Below are positions 58,703-63,647 of a stretch of DNA of 63,647 bases, piece by piece. A program made the translations under genes and the position numbers. Numbering within the stretch: the stretch's first letter is position 1; every line of letters begins with the position of its first letter. The DNA comes from an uncultured Armatimonadetes bacterium (GTDB taxonomy: Bacteria; Armatimonadota; UBA5829; DTJY01): positions 1 through 63,647 of the forward strand of contig CALNCU010000316.1 of the NCBI GenBank assembly GCA_937875395.1. Reading direction: 5' to 3'. Below the pieces are notes generated by a model. The model had not been told where the DNA came from, did not search any database, and saw nothing but the letters and a program-made list of their open reading frames with translations.

Positions 58703-58874
58703 GAACATAATTAAGCTTACACGCCACCAGGCCGCCTTTCGGCCGAGTATAAACGTTATTATCTCTTAATAATGTTTCAGAAATGTTTCGCAGAAGTTAA
58801 AAATACATGAGATGTGCGGCTATTCAGGAAATAGATTGCCAGCTAAAGCATCCTCATACACATTCTGCAATGTA

Positions 58875-59087
58875 TTGACTCAAAAGATGCTCTTGTGGTA
58901 GGCTTAACTGTGGAGAGTAGTATGCATATACGCAAAGAGATCAGTTCGGGCCGGTTTTTCTGGTGGCGTTCTATGGGTATTCACAGTTAGGATGGTAATT
59001 AAGGCTTCCGGCTGTGGAGAGCTTATGCGCTCGCTTGCGGCCGGATTATAGTTGACGTAAAGGCTGGGGCGTTCCCCGGCCTTTTTT
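58875..59087 (+). promoter_or_regulatory. trpS leader: candidate promoter plus a ribosome-mediated (leader-peptide) transcription attenuator
   Basis: TTGACT (58875-58880) with TGgTAGGCT (58896-58904); a leader ORF with TGG TGG; terminator GGCTGGGG-cgtt-CCCCGGCC (59062-59081) plus TTTTTT; alternative pairings are described in the findings. Confidence 0.5.
58922..58990 (+). CDS. Candidate Trp-rich leader peptide (22 aa, MHIRKEISSGRFFWWRSMGIHS)
   Basis: ATG preceded by GGAGAG (58912-58917), tandem Trp codons at 58961-58966 and a TAG stop at 58988-58990, upstream of an intrinsic terminator and trpS. Confidence 0.45.
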   Translation: MHIRKEISSGRFFWWRSMGIHS

Positions 59088-59124
59088 GTTATAAGGCATA
59101 ATTAGAGCATCAAGGAGAGAGTTT

Positions 59125-60129
59125 ATGAAAAAGGGAAGAATATTAACCGGCGATAGGCCGACGGGGCCGCTGCATCTGGGGCACTATGTGGGCTCGCTTA
59201 AGAACCGCGTAGAGCTTCAAGACGATTATGAGTCTTTTATCATCATTGCAGATGTACAGGCGCTTACCACTAATTTTGAGCACCCGGAGCAGCTTCCGCA
59301 GGCTGTGCGGCAGGTGGCCATGGACTATCTGGCCGTTGGGCTTGATCCGGAGAAATCCACCATATTTGTGCAATCCATGATAAAGGAGATTGCCGAACTT
59401 ACAATCTTTTATTCCATGTTCATAACGGTTAACGTGCTAAGGCATAATCCCACCATAAAGACAGAGGCCAAACAGTATGGTTACCAGGATATGACATACG
59501 GGTTTTTGGGATACCCGGTAAGCCAGGCGGCGGATATTACGTTCTGCAAGGCAGATTTGGTGCCGGTGGGGGCAGACCAGGTTCCGCACATAGAGTTTGC
59601 CAGAAAGATTGTGCGTCGTTTTAACGAGCTTTACAAGCCGGTTCTGGTTGAGCCTAAAGCCCTTGTTGGCGAGGTTGGACGCCTTGTGGGGCTGGACGGC
59701 AGCGCAAAGATGAGCAAGAGCCTGGGGAACGCAATCTATCTTTCAGACAGTGCAGAGGCTGTGCGGAAGAAGATAAGCATGGCGGTAACGGACCCGGCCA
59801 GAATGCTCCGCACAGACCCCGGGCATCCCAGCGTGTGCACGGTCTTTGCCTACCATAAGGTCTTTAACCCGGAAGTGGTTGCAGATTTAACCAAGGAGTG
59901 CAAGAGCGCCTCTATTGGGTGCGTGGATTGCAAGAAGCTCCTTGCCCAGGTTATTAACAATTTCCTGGAGCCCATGCGGGAGCGCCGTGCCAAGTACCAG
60001 GCCAACCCCAAGCTGGTGGACGATATTCTTATTGCCGGAACAGAACGCGCCCGGGAGGAAGGCCAAAAGACCATGTCCCAGGTGCGCGAGGCCATGTGCC
60101 TGGACTATTTTGGCAAGCAGTTTGAGTAA
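59125..60129 (+). CDS. trpS: Tryptophan--tRNA ligase
   Basis: HIGH-type motif GPLHLGHY, KMSKS motif, 334 aa. Confidence 0.95.
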   Translation: MKKGRILTGDRPTGPLHLGHYVGSLKNRVELQDDYESFIIIADVQALTTNFEHPEQLPQAVRQVAMDYLAVGLDPEKSTIFVQSMIKEIAELTIFYSMFITVNVLRHNPTIKTEAKQYGYQDMTYGFLGYPVSQAADITFCKADLVPVGADQVPHIEFARKIVRRFNELYKPVLVEPKALVGEVGRLVGLDGSAKMSKSLGNAIYLSDSAEAVRKKISMAVTDPARMLRTDPGHPSVCTVFAYHKVFNPEVVADLTKECKSASIGCVDCKKLLAQVINNFLEPMRERRAKYQANPKLVDDILIAGTERAREEGQKTMSQVREAMCLDYFGKQFE

Positions 60130-60154
60130 TCTTCAATCAAACCATGTAAAAAAC

Positions 60155-60183
60155 GGGCGCAGGGGAATAGAATCCCTGCGCCC
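60155..60183. terminator. Bidirectional terminator between trpS and the nitroreductase gene
   Basis: GGGCGCAGGG pairs with CCCTGCGCCC (10 bp). An A-run lies 5' of it and a T-rich stretch 3' of it, so a T-run follows the hairpin on the minus strand. Confidence 0.75.
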
Positions 60184-60191
60184 GCAGTGTT

Positions 60192-60713
60192 TTAGAAGTG
60201 TTCCTTCTTTACAAGGTCGTCCAGGGAACGCCTTGGTGTGGGTGATGGGTTTTCGGTTGTGTAGCCTACCGGAATTATGGCTACCGGCGTTATGCCCTCC
60301 GGGGCCGATATTGCTTCTGCTACCTGCTCCGGGTTAAAGGCGCCCACCCACACAGTACCCAGTCCCAGGGATGTTGAGGCAAGCTGGCTGTATGCGGCGG
60401 CTATGGTTGCATCCTGGATACTATAAAGGTTTACTCCACGGGATGCGTACTTGCTCCCGGCTTTTAGCGGATTGGTGCAGAATACCAGCACAACCGGCGC
60501 ATCTGCTATAAACCCCTGCCCGCGAGATGCCTGCGCAAGGGCTTCACGTATCTTCTTGTCCTTAACAACAACCACCTCGTAGGACTGCATGTTTCCCGCA
60601 GAAGGCGCCTTGTTTATTGCATTTAGTATGCGGTCTAGTTTCTCTTGCTCAACTTCACGAGCTTCATAGCCCCGCATGGAGCGCCGTTTATCTACTGCAT
60701 CAAAAAAATCCAT
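60192..60713 (-). CDS. Nitroreductase-family oxidoreductase
   Basis: The RRSMRGY..........APSAGNMQ pattern is typical of the NfsB/NADH-oxidase nitroreductase fold. Confidence 0.85.
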   Translation of the reverse strand: MDFFDAVDKRRSMRGYEAREVEQEKLDRILNAINKAPSAGNMQSYEVVVVKDKKIREALAQASRGQGFIADAPVVLVFCTNPLKAGSKYASRGVNLYSIQDATIAAAYSQLASTSLGLGTVWVGAFNPEQVAEAISAPEGITPVAIIPVGYTTENPSPTPRRSLDDLVKKEHF

Positions 60714-60731
60714 AATACGCCTCCGTTGAAT

Positions 60732-62243
60732 TTAAGACAGGTTTTCCGCCATTTTTGCTGCAAGAAGAACCATGGTGGCAATGCCCACTCCGGTTGCTCC
60801 CGCCGCCCTGTACCCCTGGTCGCTGTTGTCCGGGGTGTAGGCCGGGCCTGCTATATCCAGGTGCACCCAAGGCTTGCCGTCTGTAAACTCTTGCAGAAAA
60901 AGTCCGCCCTGTATGGCGCTGCCCCATCTGCCGCCTGCGTTTGTAAAATCGGCTATGGTGCTTTTAAGCATATCCATGTAGTCTTTGGGGAGGGGAAGTT
61001 CCCATACGCGCTCACCGGCGGAGGCCGCCGTTTTCATCAGATCGTCCGTAAACTTTTTGTTGTTGCCCATAACCCCCGTTATATCGTTCCCAAGAGCAAC
61101 CACGCAGCCGCCGGTGAGCGTTGCAATATCTACCAGGTAGTCTGCGCCCTGCTTAACGGCATAGGTTATAGCATCGCATAGAATCATCCGCCCTTCTGCA
61201 TCTGTGGTGGTAATCTCTACGGTCTTGCCGTTCATTGTTTTTATTACATCTCCCGGGCGGTAGGCGCCGCCGTCCACCATGTTCTCTGTTGCCGGTATCA
61301 GGCCCATCACGTTTATACCGGGCTTGATCTCTGCAATGGCGCGCATTGCCTGTATTACTGCGGCCCCGCCTGTCATGTCAAACTTCATCTGCCCCATATG
61401 TTCTGACGGCTTGATTGAGATTCCGCCGCTGTCAAAGGTGAGGCCTTTGCCTACAAGCGCCAGGGTGGGTTTGCTACTGTCTGTGGTGTAGCGGAGGATT
61501 ATTAGCGCCGGCTCCTCCGAGCTGCCTTTTGCCACGGCCAGGATTCCGCCCATGCCCTCACGTTCCATATCCTGGCGTGAGAGTATGTCTATCCCCAGCC
61601 CGTACTGCGCGGCTGTGTCTGCGGCCTTCTCTGCAAGGATGGTGGGGGTCATGTTGTTTGGCGATTCGTTTCCCAGGTTGCGGGCATCGTTTACTGCCTG
61701 GCCCAGTATTTCGCCCTCACGTGCTCCGGCTTGAACTGCCGGAATCCTTGAGGTACCAAGCTCTACCACTGTGAAGGATTCCACTCCCGCACCATCTTCC
61801 TTTTTGGATTTGTGAAGGTCGCCATCGTAGACGCCCGCTACTGCTCCTAGAACGGTGGCGCGGGCGGCCTCTTTTATGTCCAGGCCGCCTATGCCGGCGC
61901 CATGGACTATTGACGTTATGCTCTTTACGCCGTATTTTTTAAGGCAGCGCGCGGCTGCACCAGAGGCTTTTCCGGCGGCAATCAGGTCAAAATCTTCCGC
62001 CTTTCCCAGCCCTGCAATCAGGACTTTCTTTGGGGATATACGGCCGTTTGTATGCAGCAGGGCCGTCTCCATAAGTTTGCCTTTAATCTCCCCGTCTGCA
62101 ATCATGCGGCTTATGGCGCCCTCAAGTGCGTTATCTACCGCGCCTGTTGCTCCTCCCGGGCTTGTGATTCCTTCAAACAGGTTTACAATAAGGGCATCGC
62201 TTTCTATCTCTGTTATTGATCCTGATACTACTCTTACTTCCAC
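60732..62243 (-). CDS. pepA: Leucyl aminopeptidase (M17)
   Basis: M17 signature TTDAEGRMILCDA and VGKGLTFDSGG. Confidence 0.93.
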   Translation of the reverse strand: MEVRVVSGSITEIESDALIVNLFEGITSPGGATGAVDNALEGAISRMIADGEIKGKLMETALLHTNGRISPKKVLIAGLGKAEDFDLIAAGKASGAAARCLKKYGVKSITSIVHGAGIGGLDIKEAARATVLGAVAGVYDGDLHKSKKEDGAGVESFTVVELGTSRIPAVQAGAREGEILGQAVNDARNLGNESPNNMTPTILAEKAADTAAQYGLGIDILSRQDMEREGMGGILAVAKGSSEEPALIILRYTTDSSKPTLALVGKGLTFDSGGISIKPSEHMGQMKFDMTGGAAVIQAMRAIAEIKPGINVMGLIPATENMVDGGAYRPGDVIKTMNGKTVEITTTDAEGRMILCDAITYAVKQGADYLVDIATLTGGCVVALGNDITGVMGNNKKFTDDLMKTAASAGERVWELPLPKDYMDMLKSTIADFTNAGGRWGSAIQGGLFLQEFTDGKPWVHLDIAGPAYTPDNSDQGYRAAGATGVGIATMVLLAAKMAENLS

Positions 62244-62372
62244 TTATTTCCTCCTTGGGAACGGCCTGACTAAGCAGACCGAAAAATTTTATAGTTTTTA
62301 GTTTATAGCTAACAACTACGCCCACCCAATCTGCGGCATAGTTATGAATAATCAGATTAAATTTACAAGATG

Positions 62373-63485
62373 CTAAAGCGGTATGGATTTACGCTGGCTC
62401 AATCTTAAAATAAGTATCTCCAAATTAAGACGGGGCGAACCGCCTTCTTTGGATATGCCCTTTGCGGCAAGCTCGCAATCAAGCACTCTTCTAAGGCATT
62501 TTTCAAGGTCTTCCATGGTGAACTGCAATGCCTGCGCAGTGATTTTATCCTTCTGCCATGAGGAAAGGGAGAGGGGGTTCTGCTCCTTCATAAGTGAAGA
62601 ACGCATCTCCTGCGGCGCGGATTCCAGGTTCCGCACGCCCGGCTGCATGAGTATATATTTTGCCTGGTAGAGGAGCCTGAAGTGCCGCGCCATAAGGCTT
62701 ACCACTTTAAGCACTTCGTTCTCCGGCTTTGGGCTTGCGGCAAAGGTATCGTCCAGTAGCTTTACCGCGGTCTCCGGCTGCCCGCCTGCCACGGCATCTA
62801 TAAGAGGAAAGACCCGGTCTTCGGCAGATTTAATGGTTACGTTCTCTACATCATTAAGCGTAACGGAGGACTGCCCGGCGGTGTAGGCGGCCAGTTTTTC
62901 TATCTCCCTGTCGAGCAGGCTGGGGTGCGCTTCTATAAGGCGTGAGAAGGTTTGCAGCGCAACCGGCTCCATCTTAAGCCCGGATTCCCGCACCTTCTCT
63001 GATACAAGCGCGGCCAGGTCTCTTGAGCGAAGTTTGGCAAAGTTTACCACAGTGCCGCCCGCCTTTACTGCCGATGTAAGCGCCGGTCGCAAGCCCTTTT
63101 TGCCTTCTCCATCTCCAGATGAGGCACGCTTCTTTGCCGGGTCTTCCGTGCCTGCAAGAAGGATAAGGCAGCTCTTCTCTCCAAGCTTTGGGATAAAGGC
63201 GGCCAAGCGTTCCTGGCTGTCCGCGTTCATCCTGTCTACCCTGTCTACTACAACAACCTTGCGCTCTGCAAAGAATGGTATGGTGGAGACGGCGGGGAGT
63301 ATATCCTCTGCAGAGGCGGTGTTCCCGTCAAATTTTTCCAGGTCAAACTCTTCGCCGTTGGTGCCGATCATCTCTGAGAGGAGCTTCTGGACGGCTGTTG
63401 TCCGCCTGAAATCCACCTCTCCGGTGAAGAGGTAGGCCCTGTATATGGTGTTTGACGGCGCATCCGCCCCTATTTTGCCTGCCAT
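62373..63485 (-). CDS. holA: DNA polymerase III delta subunit
   Basis: 370 aa with a HolA-like pattern (YLFTGE, delta N-terminal and C-terminal helical domains). Confidence 0.75.
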   Translation of the reverse strand: MAGKIGADAPSNTIYRAYLFTGEVDFRRTTAVQKLLSEMIGTNGEEFDLEKFDGNTASAEDILPAVSTIPFFAERKVVVVDRVDRMNADSQERLAAFIPKLGEKSCLILLAGTEDPAKKRASSGDGEGKKGLRPALTSAVKAGGTVVNFAKLRSRDLAALVSEKVRESGLKMEPVALQTFSRLIEAHPSLLDREIEKLAAYTAGQSSVTLNDVENVTIKSAEDRVFPLIDAVAGGQPETAVKLLDDTFAASPKPENEVLKVVSLMARHFRLLYQAKYILMQPGVRNLESAPQEMRSSLMKEQNPLSLSSWQKDKITAQALQFTMEDLEKCLRRVLDCELAAKGISKEGGSPRLNLEILILRLSQRKSIPL

Positions 63486-63607
63486 TTGCTCCTCAATTCT
63501 TTCTTGCCCGGAAGATTTTTTGCTGCTCTTGCCTGCCTGATTTCATCTCTAAGCGCCAGAAGTGCCGATGCCATGGATGCGGTTATCTCTTCCGGCATTG
63601 GGCGGCC
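63470..63607 (-). CDS. 3' end of an unidentified upstream CDS (partial, truncated by the adapter/contig end)
   Basis: An open frame reads ...EEITASMASALLALRDEIRQARAAKNLPGKKELRSKWQAK and its stop overlaps the holA start by 16 nt. Confidence 0.3.
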   Translation of the reverse strand, partial: GRPMPEEITASMASALLALRDEIRQARAAKNLPGKKELRSKWQAK

Positions 63608-63647
63608 AGATCGGAAGAGCGTCGTGTAGGGAAAGAGTGTAGATCTC
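63608..63647. other. Illumina TruSeq adapter read-through (non-biological sequence)
   Basis: AGATCGGAAGAGCGTCGTGTAGGGAAAGAGTGTAGATCTC is the beginning of the standard Illumina universal-adapter read-through sequence. Confidence 0.95.

Noticed and set aside
58825-58842. Sigma-54 promoter for glnN (minus strand CTGGCAATCTATTTCCTG).
   Set aside because: The GG element is present, but the -12 element reads TTCC instead of TTGC. One mismatch in the critical GC dinucleotide makes the call unreliable without more evidence.
58905-59090. T-box riboswitch upstream of trpS. Supporting features were an AGAGAGTAGTA-like stem I start, a UGG triplet, a TTAGGATGGTAATTAAGG stretch resembling the T-box core, and a terminator.
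   Set aside because: The T-box-like stretch lies about 70 nt upstream of the terminator and is not complementary to the terminator 5' arm, so a canonical antiterminator with a UGGN bulge cannot be drawn. The UGG triplet is one of two tandem Trp codons in a short ORF with a Shine-Dalgarno sequence, which fits leader-peptide attenuation better. A covariance-model search should still be run.

Overview
This 63.6-kb window looks like a metagenome-assembled bacterial contig. I saw no rRNA, tRNA, CRISPR array or mobile-element gene. Nearly all of it is tightly packed core metabolism and translation genes, mostly on the + strand, with many 1-17 nt overlaps and frequent TTG/GTG starts. Gene order: feoA-feoB plus a Cys-rich small ORF; KGG stress protein (-); eno; pyk; ftsB-like; a Firmicutes-like block mtaB-HIT-rpsU-yqeY-pgpH-ybeY-dgkA(PAP2 fusion)-CNNM; pheA (-); HAD; GtrA; argC-argJ-argB; rpmE-thyX-DUF1385-prfA-prmC-tsaC; a 657-aa alpha/beta hydrolase; argD; a Clp_N-only protein; pyrR-pyrB-pyrC-carA-carB-pyrK-pyrD-pyrF; argF, a small ORF, argG-argH; an RsbW/RsbV-like pair (-); smc; glmM (-); a BlaI-family regulator; ccdA-tlpA (-); a metallophosphoesterase; a beta-helix-repeat membrane protein; cobB; a dapA-like gene; type III glutamine synthetase (-); trpS; nitroreductase, pepA and holA (-). 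The most interesting signal is non-coding. A roughly 43-nt structured unit is present at 7 or more intergenic loci, always on the strand of the flanking genes. It occurs singly or in tandem (2-3 units), and the last unit is often followed by an AU-rich terminal hairpin. Its flanks are conserved and its apical hairpin changes by compensatory substitutions. Copies sit in the pyr-operon spacers, directly in front of glnN, upstream of feoAB, and at the contig start. Second, the trpS leader carries a 22-codon ORF with tandem Trp codons followed by an intrinsic terminator, which suggests leader-peptide attenuation rather than a T-box. I also call a PyrR-type attenuator, several near-consensus sigma-70 promoters and several terminators. 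The last 40 nt are Illumina adapter sequence. All functional calls come from motif recognition by eye; no database search or folding program was run.
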